Of a stretch of DNA of 32,000 bases, positions 10,513 to 20,471 are shown in pieces. The stretch's first letter is position 1. Every line of letters begins with the position of its first letter. Origin of the DNA: Desulfocapsa sulfexigens DSM 10523. GTDB lineage: Bacteria; Desulfobacterota; Desulfobulbia; Desulfobulbales; Desulfocapsaceae. The stretch lies in the NCBI RefSeq assembly GCF_000341395.1, contig NC_020304.1, positions 750,001 through 782,000 of the forward strand, in the 5' to 3' direction. A program made the translations under genes and the position numbers. The notes beneath the pieces are model-generated. The model had not been told where the DNA came from and made no database searches. It was given only the letters and a program-made list of their open reading frames with translations.

Positions 10513-11631
10513 ATGTCAGCAAAAGTGAAGAATTCTCATATAAATATCAGCAAAGAATTACTTATAGAAAACTATATTTCTGATACAAGGCCATGGATTA
10601 TAGGGTACTCAGGAGGTAAAGATTCAACATTATTATTACAATTGGTTTTTGAAATCCTCTCTGACGATAGGGTTAATAATGAAAAGCCAATTCACATAAT
10701 AACCTCAGATACTGGCGTAGAACCGCCTAACATACTAACGCATGTCAAAGAAAACCTGGCAAATATTCAAACGTTTATCGACAAACAAAACTTACCAATC
10801 AATATCCATCAGGTAGTTCCCTCTTTAGATAACAAATTCTGGGTAAATCTCATTGGGAGAGGCTACCCTTCACCAACTAGATGGTTTCGCTGGTGTACAT
10901 CTAAAATGAAAATTAAGCCAACAAAAGGAATAATAGAGCAGTTGGTTGAACAACACGGTAGCACTATATTGCTACTAGGGACAAGAAAAGATGAGAGTCA
11001 AGCCAGAAAGCGTTCGATAGAAAAACGTGAGTATAGCACTAGAAGACTCAACCCTCATCATGAAATCAAAAACACACTAGTTTTGGCCCCCATTTCTGAC
11101 TGGACAACAGACGAAGTTTGGGAGTACCTGTTCAACGAACTTCCACCCTGGGGAGGGAATCATGATGTTCTTTTTGATCTGTACAAACAAGCAAATAGCG
11201 GTGAATGCCCCTTGGTTGTTGACCTTAACACCCCATCGTGCGGGGGAAGTCGATTCGGTTGCTGGACCTGTACCGTCGTTAAAACAGACAAGTCAATGGA
11301 AAGCTTCATCGAGCAGGGAGCCGTTTGGATGCAACCATTGAATAACTTTAGAAATTGGATTAAAGAGATTAGGGAAGATGAACATCGACGGAACCATTAC
11401 AGAAGAACTGGAGAACTGGGCAACGGCCCGTTCAATTCAACAACAAGACAAGAGATTCTAGAAAATTTACTTGATACTGAATCAAAATTACCCGACAACA
11501 TTGAATTAATTAGTGATGATGAAATTGTTCACATTCAAAAAATATGGACAGAAGAGTTTGATGTAATGAACTCTGCCTTAAAAATTGCCAACAAATTTAA
11601 AAGGCAACCAATGAAAAGAAGAAAAAAATAA
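10513..11631 (+). CDS. dndC: DndC-like phosphorothioation sulfurtransferase (PAPS-reductase/ATP-pyrophosphatase fold)
   Basis: PP-loop IIGYSGGKDSTLLLQLV, RWCTSKMKIKP, LLLGTRKDESQARKRS, CPLVVDLNTPSCGGSRFGCWTCTVV. Confidence 0.93.
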   Translation: MSAKVKNSHINISKELLIENYISDTRPWIIGYSGGKDSTLLLQLVFEILSDDRVNNEKPIHIITSDTGVEPPNILTHVKENLANIQTFIDKQNLPINIHQVVPSLDNKFWVNLIGRGYPSPTRWFRWCTSKMKIKPTKGIIEQLVEQHGSTILLLGTRKDESQARKRSIEKREYSTRRLNPHHEIKNTLVLAPISDWTTDEVWEYLFNELPPWGGNHDVLFDLYKQANSGECPLVVDLNTPSCGGSRFGCWTCTVVKTDKSMESFIEQGAVWMQPLNNFRNWIKEIREDEHRRNHYRRTGELGNGPFNSTTRQEILENLLDTESKLPDNIELISDDEIVHIQKIWTEEFDVMNSALKIANKFKRQPMKRRKK

Positions 11632-11822
11632 TGGATAAAAAATATCTAACTAGAAAATTATCTGATCTTTCAAAAGATCACGATGTCCCTGAGTACCTTA
11701 TCCCTCAACTCATACATTTAATGGAGAGATATCCAAATATTGCAATACGAGGTGCGAAGTCTAGTTTAAAAACAGATATTGAGAAAATAATCACTAATGC
11801 AATGAAGGAAGGAAACTTATAG
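11631..11822 (+). CDS. small protein of Dnd-like operon, function unknown
   Basis: 63 aa ORF whose start overlaps the dndC stop (TAATG) and whose stop overlaps the dndD start (TAGTG), so it appears translationally coupled. Confidence 0.75.
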   Translation: MDKKYLTRKLSDLSKDHDVPEYLIPQLIHLMERYPNIAIRGAKSSLKTDIEKIITNAMKEGNL

Positions 11823-13840
11823 TGCATATCATATCCATAACATTAAAAAATATTTTTTCTTATTATGGGGAAAAGATTTTTGACTTGTCACCCCCAAATA
11901 ATGGCAAAAAAAACATTGTCATTATACGAGGACGAAACAACCAAGGTAAAACAAGTTTTTTAAATAGCATCAAATTACTTTTTGGTGGCGTTTCTGAAGA
12001 TCTATTGCAAAAAGTACCGAGAGGGATAACGACAAAACAATACATCTATGGCGCAAGTGATAGATGGTGGGGAATATTGAATTATCGTGCCAAGGAAAAA
12101 GGAGTAAGTAACTGTTCAATTTCTATTAAATTATATACCGAAAACGGAGAGGCTTTAATAACCAGAAAGTGGTCAAATATTACCAATACTTCTTTCAATG
12201 AAATGGTCATGGTTGATGACCCTATTGAAGGTTATCTTGAAAATGATCAAGCGCAAGAGTATCTAAATCGAATATTACCTATTGAATATCTACCATTTTT
12301 CTTTTTTGACGGTGAAGAAGTACAACATCTTGCAGAAGCAAATACTAATCAAACCATCTCTAAAATGGAGCAATTGTTAAATATCCGGCCCGTTGAGAAT
12401 GTTTTGTCTGCAATAAAATCAGTAAAAGGGTCTTGGAAGAGTCAGAGCATGGACAGACATGCGGTAGCTGACTTGGAGAAAGCAAAGAATAAAAAACAAG
12501 AATTTATATCAGAAATAGCAGGACTAGAACAAGAAAAAGATGATCTCGAAAATGATTTAGCGGAAGAAGAGGAGGCCTTAAAACGAACCGAAAGGATGCT
12601 AGATATTATTGGCGGTCATACAGGTGTTGAAAATAGAGCAATATTAAAAACAGAAGTAAAGCATCTAGAGGAGACTCAAGATGAACTTTTCGCAAAAATA
12701 TCAGATTTTTTTGGTGGTGATGCTTTTCTTATGCTTAACCCTAAATTGATAGAAAAGTCACTTAAAATCATTCAAAAAAACATTCACAACTTCAACCAAC
12801 AACAACTCACTTTACTAGGTACTCTACAAAATCAGTTACCAATATTATTAGAACAGCCACCATATTCATCTCCTCCACTAACGACAAACCAAATTGCTTT
12901 CTATCAGCAACGAATAAAAAAGCAAATTGAAGTATTTCAACAACCAATAAATAGTGAAGAAACTTTTAATCTCGATCCATCCAGAGCTCAAAAACTTTAT
13001 GACACTCTCATAAGATATTCAGACGATCCTGATGCATTTTCTGAGTTAAGAAAGTTAGTATCAAAGGCAAGAAATATTCAAATTGCAATAAATCAAAAAA
13101 ATGATCTTCTAGACAATGCAAAACACCTTGCAGAAGAGGAGAAAAAACATTTTCAAGAGTTAAAAGAACAAGAGTCGATCATCAAAAAGACGTTATTTGA
13201 AATTAATGACAGTATAAGAGATAAAGATAGCCAAATAACTCAAATAGCTTCCAGCTTATCTGAAATAACTCAGAACATTAACCGTCTAGTTGATTCTGTA
13301 AAAGTCGCAGAAGACTATAGAGGTAGATATGACTTAGCAACCCGAACTCAAAATATGCTTGAAAGTTTTAAACATGACTTAAAGAAAGAAGCAAGAGAGC
13401 AACTTGAAATCGAAGTTAATAAGAATCTATCTACAATACTAGACTCCAACACATTAATTAATACAGTAAAAATTAGTGATGAATTCCTAATTACTTACCT
13501 AGATCAAAGGGGTAACTCTATCGGAATGGGTACAATTTCAGCGGGTATGAAACAAATCGCAGCAACTTCTCTTTTATGGGCTTTAAAAACAGTTTCAAAT
13601 AAAGAGTTTCCAGTAATTATAGACACTCCACTAGCTAGAATCGACGCACAACATCAAGCAAACTTACTGGAACGATACTACCCACACGCTAGCAAGCAAG
13701 TGATAATTCTGCCTACTGATTCTGAATTAGATGAATCTAAATCAAAGAAACTTCAAAAACACTGTTATAAAACATTTGAGCTGAAGAATCCCAGTGGTAC
13801 CAATACAGAAATAGTGACATTAGAGGTGCCCAATGGCTGA
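11822..13840 (+). CDS. dndD: DndD-like SMC/Rad50-type ATPase
   Basis: IIRGRNNQGKTSFLNSIKLLFGG (Walker A), YLPFFFFDGEEVQHLAE (DndD signature region), long coiled coil, ISAGMKQIAATSLLWAL, PVIIDTPLARID; GTG start. Confidence 0.93.
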   Translation: MHIISITLKNIFSYYGEKIFDLSPPNNGKKNIVIIRGRNNQGKTSFLNSIKLLFGGVSEDLLQKVPRGITTKQYIYGASDRWWGILNYRAKEKGVSNCSISIKLYTENGEALITRKWSNITNTSFNEMVMVDDPIEGYLENDQAQEYLNRILPIEYLPFFFFDGEEVQHLAEANTNQTISKMEQLLNIRPVENVLSAIKSVKGSWKSQSMDRHAVADLEKAKNKKQEFISEIAGLEQEKDDLENDLAEEEEALKRTERMLDIIGGHTGVENRAILKTEVKHLEETQDELFAKISDFFGGDAFLMLNPKLIEKSLKIIQKNIHNFNQQQLTLLGTLQNQLPILLEQPPYSSPPLTTNQIAFYQQRIKKQIEVFQQPINSEETFNLDPSRAQKLYDTLIRYSDDPDAFSELRKLVSKARNIQIAINQKNDLLDNAKHLAEEEKKHFQELKEQESIIKKTLFEINDSIRDKDSQITQIASSLSEITQNINRLVDSVKVAEDYRGRYDLATRTQNMLESFKHDLKKEAREQLEIEVNKNLSTILDSNTLINTVKISDEFLITYLDQRGNSIGMGTISAGMKQIAATSLLWALKTVSNKEFPVIIDTPLARIDAQHQANLLERYYPHASKQVIILPTDSELDESKSKKLQKHCYKTFELKNPSGTNTEIVTLEVPNG

Positions 13841-15314
13841 TATATATACCGACCAAATTGATGAGCAACTAATTTCTGATGTCCTTCATTATGGCTTTAA
13901 AACCAAAACAGCACCAAAATTAAGAGTACTCCGACTTGCGCTAGCAAAATCATTACAGATTACAACTCCCCCTAATTCTGACTTTGATAAAATACCTGAA
14001 AAAGGTTCTGAGTATAGTCTTAAACAAGTTACAGGCCGTGACTCTGAGAATGACCTTGATGATTCAGTTCGAGCTATGCTTTCAATTTATCATGAGGATG
14101 ATTTCTTTAACAAAGAGAAAGATTATCGAAAACATTTACAGCGACACATTAGAAGAGGATTAAAAGAGATAAGAACAAGCTGGGCAAGAGGACACGACTT
14201 TTCAAGCTACTTAGAACATGAACTCTTACCAAACCTGACAATTGATGATGATCTTGAAAGGAATACCTTATCAAACCAAAATCTTATCGATTCGCTAGAG
14301 GAAATTGGAGTCAATGGACGGATCAATGAAAGAGTTGAAGGATCTCGAATTAGTCGCTTCTTTCTCTATTTTGAAAATGCTAATGATTATGATCAATTAA
14401 AAAAAGGTTTAGGAAAATTAGCAATGCTTCTTGGTCTAGGTGACAAAGGAGTACTAATGCAACCCACGAATCAACCAAGAATAATTTCTCTTGATGTTCC
14501 CAGGGAGCAATCTAGTTGGAAAACAATTCAAGCATCATCGTTCTGGGACTGGACAAAAACAGATGAAATAAAGAAGTATGTTCTTCCAATATGGCTTGGA
14601 CAAGATGTTATTGGAGGCAACTACTCATTTGACTTACAGGAAGCACCCCATATTTTAGTGTCAGGAACAACAGGCAGCGGGAAAAGTGTTTGTTTACACA
14701 GTATAATATTGTCCCTACTAGCAACCTTGCCCAAAGGAGACATTGAATTAGCTCTTATTGACCCCAAAAGGGTTGAGTTTGTTAGATACGAGTCCACCTC
14801 CCAATTATATGAAGGAGGGGTTGTCTATTTAGTTGATCAGGCTGCTAATTTATTAGAGGAATTAGTTGATGAAATGGAAAGACGACATCAATTGATGTAT
14901 GAAGCGAATGTAACAAATTTATCAGAAGGGAGGGGTCAAAACAAAATAAACCTTCCATACATCGTTGTAGTAATAGAAGAACTCGCCGATCTATTAATGC
15001 AGTCTAGTGATATTGAAACCCCGTTAGTCAGGTTGGCCCAGAAAGCTCGATCCTGTGGTATTCACTTAGTTTTAGCTACTCAAAGACCGGATTCAACCAT
15101 ACTCACAGGGTTGCTCCGAAGTAATATACCTGGAAGAATTGCTCTTCGAGTACAAAAGCACACGGAATCAAATATTATTTTAGATGAAAAGGGGGCTGAG
15201 GCATTATTAGGAAGGGGAGATATGTTAGTAAAAATACCTCCCGATATTGCCCCCAAACGTGTTCATGGAGCAAAGTTGACGCAAGATGATTTAGAGCAAA
15301 TCAAACATGTTTAG
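13833..15314 (+). CDS. DndE-like N-terminal domain fused to FtsK/SpoIIIE-type ATPase motor
   Basis: N-term KTAPKLRVLRLALAKSLQI...GSEYSLKQVTG...VRAMLSIYHEDDFFNKEKDYRKHLQRHIRRGLKEI resembles DndE; C-term ILVSGTTGSGKSVCLHSIILSLL, LALIDPKRVEF, YIVVVIEELADLLM, HLVLATQRPDSTILTGLLRSNIPGRIALRV, GRGDMLV is an FtsK motor. Confidence 0.85.
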   Translation: MADIYTDQIDEQLISDVLHYGFKTKTAPKLRVLRLALAKSLQITTPPNSDFDKIPEKGSEYSLKQVTGRDSENDLDDSVRAMLSIYHEDDFFNKEKDYRKHLQRHIRRGLKEIRTSWARGHDFSSYLEHELLPNLTIDDDLERNTLSNQNLIDSLEEIGVNGRINERVEGSRISRFFLYFENANDYDQLKKGLGKLAMLLGLGDKGVLMQPTNQPRIISLDVPREQSSWKTIQASSFWDWTKTDEIKKYVLPIWLGQDVIGGNYSFDLQEAPHILVSGTTGSGKSVCLHSIILSLLATLPKGDIELALIDPKRVEFVRYESTSQLYEGGVVYLVDQAANLLEELVDEMERRHQLMYEANVTNLSEGRGQNKINLPYIVVVIEELADLLMQSSDIETPLVRLAQKARSCGIHLVLATQRPDSTILTGLLRSNIPGRIALRVQKHTESNIILDEKGAEALLGRGDMLVKIPPDIAPKRVHGAKLTQDDLEQIKHV

Positions 15315-15326
15315 AGGATCTGTCTT

Positions 15327-16496
15327 ATGGATAGTGTAATAACGATTTATGATTTCAAGCTACTTGCATTAACAATTGATAGAATTGGTCCATTTCAAGA
15401 GAAACAATTTGAAATTGATTTTACTGATAAAAACAACAATCCCTGCAATTTTTATCTTTTTGTTTCTCGTAATGGGTCAGGCAAAACTACTATTTTCGAG
15501 ACCTTAACATCCTTATTAGGATTGTTAGACAACCCTTCTCCAACTGAATTTCACCAAGAAGACTTGGACCTAAATCAAGGGAGGGCTCAACTTGATATTT
15601 GGCTCAGACTCCGATGGCAAGGCAAAGAGCAAGCAATAGTTTTTTCGATCGTCGGAGGAAGAATAGGCGAAGAATTTTCATTCAAAGTTTGGGATAAAGA
15701 GACCTTAGAAGAATACAATGCAGAGAGTTGGCACCGAATCAGCTATATATCCCAAACTTCAGGTTCTATCAAGAAGCCAAGCCCAAGTTCAGAACTGGTT
15801 GAGACTCTACTTGCTGTTATACAAGCAGGAAAAAAGTCAACTCCAAGTGATTTTGGGGATAGCCAAATAGCTCTTCCTACAGTTTTATACTTTTCTGCGT
15901 ATCGAGATATTCCTGATATTACTGAAGAACCACATACAAAACCAAACTACTCTGCTAGAAGTATTACCCAACCTAAACACTGGTCTTATAATGCAAGTCA
16001 TCGGTTTGAACCGCACGACCAAAATTGGCATGGTTCTCTTGATAATCTACTAGTCTGGCTTAAATGGCTTAGTGATGGAAGATTTAAGAAAGCATGCGAT
16101 TTGATCAACTCCAAAGTGTTTGCCGGAACTGATAAATATCTAAAAGATGTCAGAAGAGACCCCCCGGAAGCTATTGTCTCATGCTCTACTGGAACTCACC
16201 GTCTTGACCGTTTGAGCAGTGGTGAAAAAAGCCTTGTTCACTTATTCCTCAGGCTTGGTTCTCATATGACCCAGCATACCATAGTAATAATAGATGAACT
16301 AGAGGCCCATTTGCATCCACGATGGCAGCATGCTCTATTTAAATCTCTTAAAGAATTCGCTTCAAGTAATAGCGGAATAACAATTTTATCCAGCACTCAC
16401 TCCACCGATATTCTACACACTTTTTCTGAAAGCATAGATATTCCAGAGAATGGGCTTATCAAGGGTGGCACAATCATTGATAAAGGTTTAAAATAA
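15327..16496 (+). CDS. AAA (AAA15/21, OLD-/AriA-like) ABC-type ATPase
   Basis: LFVSRNGSGKTTIFETLTSLLG, LSSGEKSLVHLFLRLG, TIVIIDELEAHLHPRWQHALFKSLK, ILSSTHSTDILHTF. Confidence 0.85.
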   Translation: MDSVITIYDFKLLALTIDRIGPFQEKQFEIDFTDKNNNPCNFYLFVSRNGSGKTTIFETLTSLLGLLDNPSPTEFHQEDLDLNQGRAQLDIWLRLRWQGKEQAIVFSIVGGRIGEEFSFKVWDKETLEEYNAESWHRISYISQTSGSIKKPSPSSELVETLLAVIQAGKKSTPSDFGDSQIALPTVLYFSAYRDIPDITEEPHTKPNYSARSITQPKHWSYNASHRFEPHDQNWHGSLDNLLVWLKWLSDGRFKKACDLINSKVFAGTDKYLKDVRRDPPEAIVSCSTGTHRLDRLSSGEKSLVHLFLRLGSHMTQHTIVIIDELEAHLHPRWQHALFKSLKEFASSNSGITILSSTHSTDILHTFSESIDIPENGLIKGGTIIDKGLK

Positions 16497-16499
16497 CAG

Positions 16500-17372
16500 A
16501 TGGTTAGCTTCAAAGACATTCCTAATGATTTAGAAATCTCTTCACTATATGAGGGGGGCATCAAGGTCCTTGTTGAATCGAATGATGATTTAGTCATTTT
16601 AAGAGATAAATGGTTCTTCAATCATAAAGATAAATTGTGTTTTGAGAGTGTTAGTGATGAAGAAGGCAGCAGCGGAGGTTGCCAGGAAGTAATAGCTAAA
16701 GTAAAACGCTACAGACGAGCCCACACCACTGCTTTTGGTATTGTTGACAGGGATGTTCTTCTCAGTGATGAAGATCATAGAGATGATTTATGGTGGGAAA
16801 CTGATGATGAGAAATTTAGAGCATCTACGCCCTATGGTAATCAAATTTTTATATTAAGTCGCTGGGAAATTGAAAACTACTTACTCAAACCACTTGCAAT
16901 TAAAGCATTTGTTAAAGATAAGTTATGTTCTCCTGCGGCACCTCAACTAGAGACATCAGACTTTCTAGGGCAGGCTGATGATTTAATTGTAATTACTAGC
17001 CTGAGTACTATTGCCTCAGCTAAGTCTAATTCAGCACCTAAACCAAAGTGGGGGCTAGACAAGTCTGGGGCGGAATTAAAAAACTTAATTGCAACGGAAC
17101 TCAACGTGTCTATAGATGAAGTTGAGGAGCATTTTGAAAAAATCAAAACCTTTGCAACCACCCATAATGACGATGAGTGGGATGGATTAACGAGGTTATT
17201 AGATGGAAAACGTATCTTCCACAGACTTAACATCTACCTAAAAGAAAAATTTACTCTTAGAACTCTTGATTTACTTGAGGAAAAAGGTGTACTTGCCGGG
17301 TATGTGAATTCATATGATCAAATAGATAAGGAATTAAAACAAATGGTTGATGGTTTTCTTGCATCCCATTAA
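16500..17372 (+). CDS. DUF4435/TOPRIM-like (AriB/OLD-type) protein, candidate nuclease effector
   Basis: KVLVESNDDLVILRDKW, TAFGIVDRDVLLSDED, IFILSRWEIENYLLKPLAI; 3 bp after the ATPase gene stop. Confidence 0.65.
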   Translation: MVSFKDIPNDLEISSLYEGGIKVLVESNDDLVILRDKWFFNHKDKLCFESVSDEEGSSGGCQEVIAKVKRYRRAHTTAFGIVDRDVLLSDEDHRDDLWWETDDEKFRASTPYGNQIFILSRWEIENYLLKPLAIKAFVKDKLCSPAAPQLETSDFLGQADDLIVITSLSTIASAKSNSAPKPKWGLDKSGAELKNLIATELNVSIDEVEEHFEKIKTFATTHNDDEWDGLTRLLDGKRIFHRLNIYLKEKFTLRTLDLLEEKGVLAGYVNSYDQIDKELKQMVDGFLASH

Positions 17373-18135
17373 CCAAATGTATGCTCCATATCATAGTAAA
17401 TTGAACACCAATACACCTAGACAAGTAACACCTGTAACAACTGTAAAACAATAATATACACACAATTAAAGTATATAATTTCAGTTAATTACAAAAGGAT
17501 ACTTCAAACTATCTTCTGAAATAATCAGTTGTTCGACTAGCTAATAATTCCTTTTCAATAGACCTTGTTTGTCTTGCGCTCAAATTGGCCTTCCTTTGGA
17601 ATCTCCTAAGCTTTTTACCCATTTTTATTGCTTCCTTACTATTATCCAGCCAGGCTCTTAACAATCCATAACTCGTTATCATTCTAGACAACAATTTGCT
17701 TTTCTCTTTACTCCTGTAAAAACTGAACATGATTTGTTCCAGCTTTTTTTGATCAATTTCAGGAATCTTCAAGTATCTATTTTGTAACATCAGGAATACT
17801 TCTTTCGAGGAAGAGATTTCGGATATATTTTCGATTTTGAGAACTCTTTTTATTGTGGCTTTTCCATGCAATGAGAATTCTATCCTGCATACCTTCCCTG
17901 CATCAGCGTCAGTCTCTATCTCTACAACCTTGCTATCCCCAACATATTCTCTCTGATAATTGTCGCTCCTTCTACCTTTCTCCTTTGCCTGCGTATTCCA
18001 GTGAATCCGGCCACCCAGTCCACTTGATTCCGGCCAGTAATTCCACGGCAAAGCGGCCACCCAGTCCAGAGGATTCCGGCCAGGGTGTCGGAGCGTAGCG
18101 ACGCGAATATTTCCTTCTTACTCTGTGTGTTGCTC

Positions 18136-18873
18136 TCACGTCAAGCGTGCTTTCTTTTTTCTCATAGATTCTCCTTTCAGTTTGATTTTGTGAGCGGCAT
18201 GTACCAGACGGTCAAGAATGGCGTCGGCTAAAGTCGGATCTCCGATCCGCTCATGCCAGTGCTCTACCGGTAATTGACTGGTTACCAAGGTAGATTTGAG
18301 GCCGTGTCTGTCTTCCAGTATTTCTAGTAAATCATGGCGTTGCTCCTGGTTGAGTGTGGCCAGTCCATAGTCATCAAGTACCAATAGATCTGTTTTTGAA
18401 TAGACAGTCAGTAACTTCAGATAACGGCCATCCCCCTTGGCAAGAGCCAGATCTTCAAAGAGTTTACTCAGACGGAGATAGAGAGCACTATAGCCTTCTC
18501 TGCATGCCTTTTGGGCCAAGGCACAGGCAAGATAGGATTTGCCGACTCCAGTGGGGCCGGTAATAAGCAGATTGGTATGTTCCTTTATCCAGTTGCAGTC
18601 AGCCAGCCTGGTTACCAGTGACCTATCCAGACCACGCGGATGACGGAAGTCTACATCCTCGATTGAGCCATCCTGCCGCAGCTTTGCCTTTCTGAGTCTG
18701 GTCTGAAGTTTTCTGGTTTCCCTGACCGCCTGCTCGCGGTCAAGTAACAGACCGAGGCGTTCTTCGAAACCCAGGTTATCTGCAGTGTCCATGTCCATCT
18801 GTTCCTGGAGTGCTGCGGCCATGCCGGTGAATCGAAGAGTTGTGAGTTTTTCAAGTGTTGGATGCAGAAGCAT
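18136..18873 (-). CDS. istB: IS21-family helper ATPase IstB
   Basis: LLITGPTGVGKSYLACALAQKACREG, LLVLDDYGL, STLVTSQLPVEHWHERIGDPTLADAILDRLVH. Confidence 0.95.
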   Translation of the reverse strand: MLLHPTLEKLTTLRFTGMAAALQEQMDMDTADNLGFEERLGLLLDREQAVRETRKLQTRLRKAKLRQDGSIEDVDFRHPRGLDRSLVTRLADCNWIKEHTNLLITGPTGVGKSYLACALAQKACREGYSALYLRLSKLFEDLALAKGDGRYLKLLTVYSKTDLLVLDDYGLATLNQEQRHDLLEILEDRHGLKSTLVTSQLPVEHWHERIGDPTLADAILDRLVHAAHKIKLKGESMRKKKARLT

Positions 18874-18893
18874 TTTATCGTTTCCTTTTTGTT

Positions 18894-20471
18894 TTAGTGG
18901 GTTGAGGGAGAATAATACTGAGAGCCACGGATATTTGCGTGATTAACCGGCTTGTCCTCTGTAGCCGGCTTCGGTAGTGGCTTCTGATCAAGGCCGCTTT
19001 TGAGTATGGATTCCACTGAGCGGTAAGAAAGGGCGTTGATATGCAGGGCCCGATGGCATGCTGCCTCAAGGCGTGAATCTCCATAGGCTTTGCCAAGACG
19101 GAGAATGCCCAGCAAAGTGCGATAGGCCTGTTGTGGGTGAGCTCTTTTTACAAGAAGCGTCTCTGTGAGGCAGAGTGTCTCCGGCCCGACCTTGGCAGCC
19201 CAGCGCTTGAACCTGTCCGGATTCCACTCCATGTACTTTCGGTGGTTGACAGGCATATGCTCTTTGACGGTAGTGTGGTGCCCTCGTTGATTCTCCCGGA
19301 TGTGACTGGCCACCCGTTTACCACGAAAGTAACACTCAACCGTGCTTTTGGTATAGCGCACCTCAATCTGTTTTTTGACCAGGTTATATGGAACGGAATA
19401 GTAATGTCCCTCGACCTCCACATGATAGTCGATATGTACAGTGGCCTTTTTCCAGTAGGATAATTCATAAGGGCTGGCTGGAAGTTGTTTCAGGGCAGGT
19501 TTGTCCAGTTCTTCAAAGCGACTTTTACGGCTGCCGGATAACTTCTTGAAAGGCTTGTTGTTCAGTTGCTCAAGGAGTTTGCCTATTTCGCGATTGAGAT
19601 CGTCAATGTTGAAGAAAGTATGTTTACGGAGTTTTGCCAGAATCCAGCGTTCCACCAGCAATACACCGGCCTCAGCCTTGGCCTTGTCCCTTGGTTTTCT
19701 AACCCTTGCAGGCAGCACCACGGTTTGATAATGTCGGGCCAGATCATGATAAGTGGGATTAAGGTCAGGTTCGTAACGGCAGGCTTTTGTGACGCCACTT
19801 TTCAGGTTATCTGGAACGACAACTTCCGGAACCCCACCCAGGAAAGCAAATGTACGGACATGTGAACCGATCCAATCCTCAATCTTCTGGCTGGGAGTGG
19901 CCTCAGCATAGGTGTAGTTGCTGGCACCAAGGACCGCAACAAAGACCTGAGCCTTTGTGATTTCTCCGGTGTGTTGGTCAACGACATCGACGGTTTGGCC
20001 TGCGTAGTCGACAAACAGTTTCTCACCGGCTCGGTGTTCATGGCGCATGACCAGATCAAGCTTGCCGGCCCAATCCCGGTAACTATGGCAGAACCAGCTG
20101 TACTGGTAGCCGTCAGGATGCTGCTCTTTGTATTCCTGCCACAGCAGGTTCAGGGTAACCCCTCGTTTGGATTGGAGCTCTTTGTGGATCTCAGAGAAAT
20201 CTGGAATTAGCCGGCTTGTCCCCGGTGGAGGCGGTGGAGGGAAAAGGGTTTGTTCAAGGCTGCTGTCGCTTAGGTCGTCAGGAAGGGGCCAACCCAGATC
20301 TGCTCTTTTGGTTCGTTGTAAATAGTCACTTACCGTGCTGCTGCCAATACCGCAGCTACGGGAAATTTCACGGTTACTGTGCCCAAGTTCATACTTGAGT
20401 CGTAGTACCTCTCTAATTTTTCGCATAGATAACCTCTTCTTCGGCATGAGCCCTCCTTGAATTTTATTCAA
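18894..20471 (-). CDS. istA: IS21-family transposase IstA
   Basis: HTH (IREVLRLKYELGHSNREISRSCGIGSSTVSDYL) and DDE core (KLFVDYAGQTVDVVD, PEVVVPDNLKSGV). True start may be the internal MPKKR. Confidence 0.95.
   Translation of the reverse strand: MNKIQGGLMPKKRLSMRKIREVLRLKYELGHSNREISRSCGIGSSTVSDYLQRTKRADLGWPLPDDLSDSSLEQTLFPPPPPPGTSRLIPDFSEIHKELQSKRGVTLNLLWQEYKEQHPDGYQYSWFCHSYRDWAGKLDLVMRHEHRAGEKLFVDYAGQTVDVVDQHTGEITKAQVFVAVLGASNYTYAEATPSQKIEDWIGSHVRTFAFLGGVPEVVVPDNLKSGVTKACRYEPDLNPTYHDLARHYQTVVLPARVRKPRDKAKAEAGVLLVERWILAKLRKHTFFNIDDLNREIGKLLEQLNNKPFKKLSGSRKSRFEELDKPALKQLPASPYELSYWKKATVHIDYHVEVEGHYYSVPYNLVKKQIEVRYTKSTVECYFRGKRVASHIRENQRGHHTTVKEHMPVNHRKYMEWNPDRFKRWAAKVGPETLCLTETLLVKRAHPQQAYRTLLGILRLGKAYGDSRLEAACHRALHINALSYRSVESILKSGLDQKPLPKPATEDKPVNHANIRGSQYYSPSTH

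Noticed and set aside
17509-18060. 183 aa ORF starting MAALPWNYWPESSGLGGRIHW
   Set aside because: The N-terminal part is read from the IS21-family terminal repeats; it is the 3' part of the interrupted 270 aa gene.
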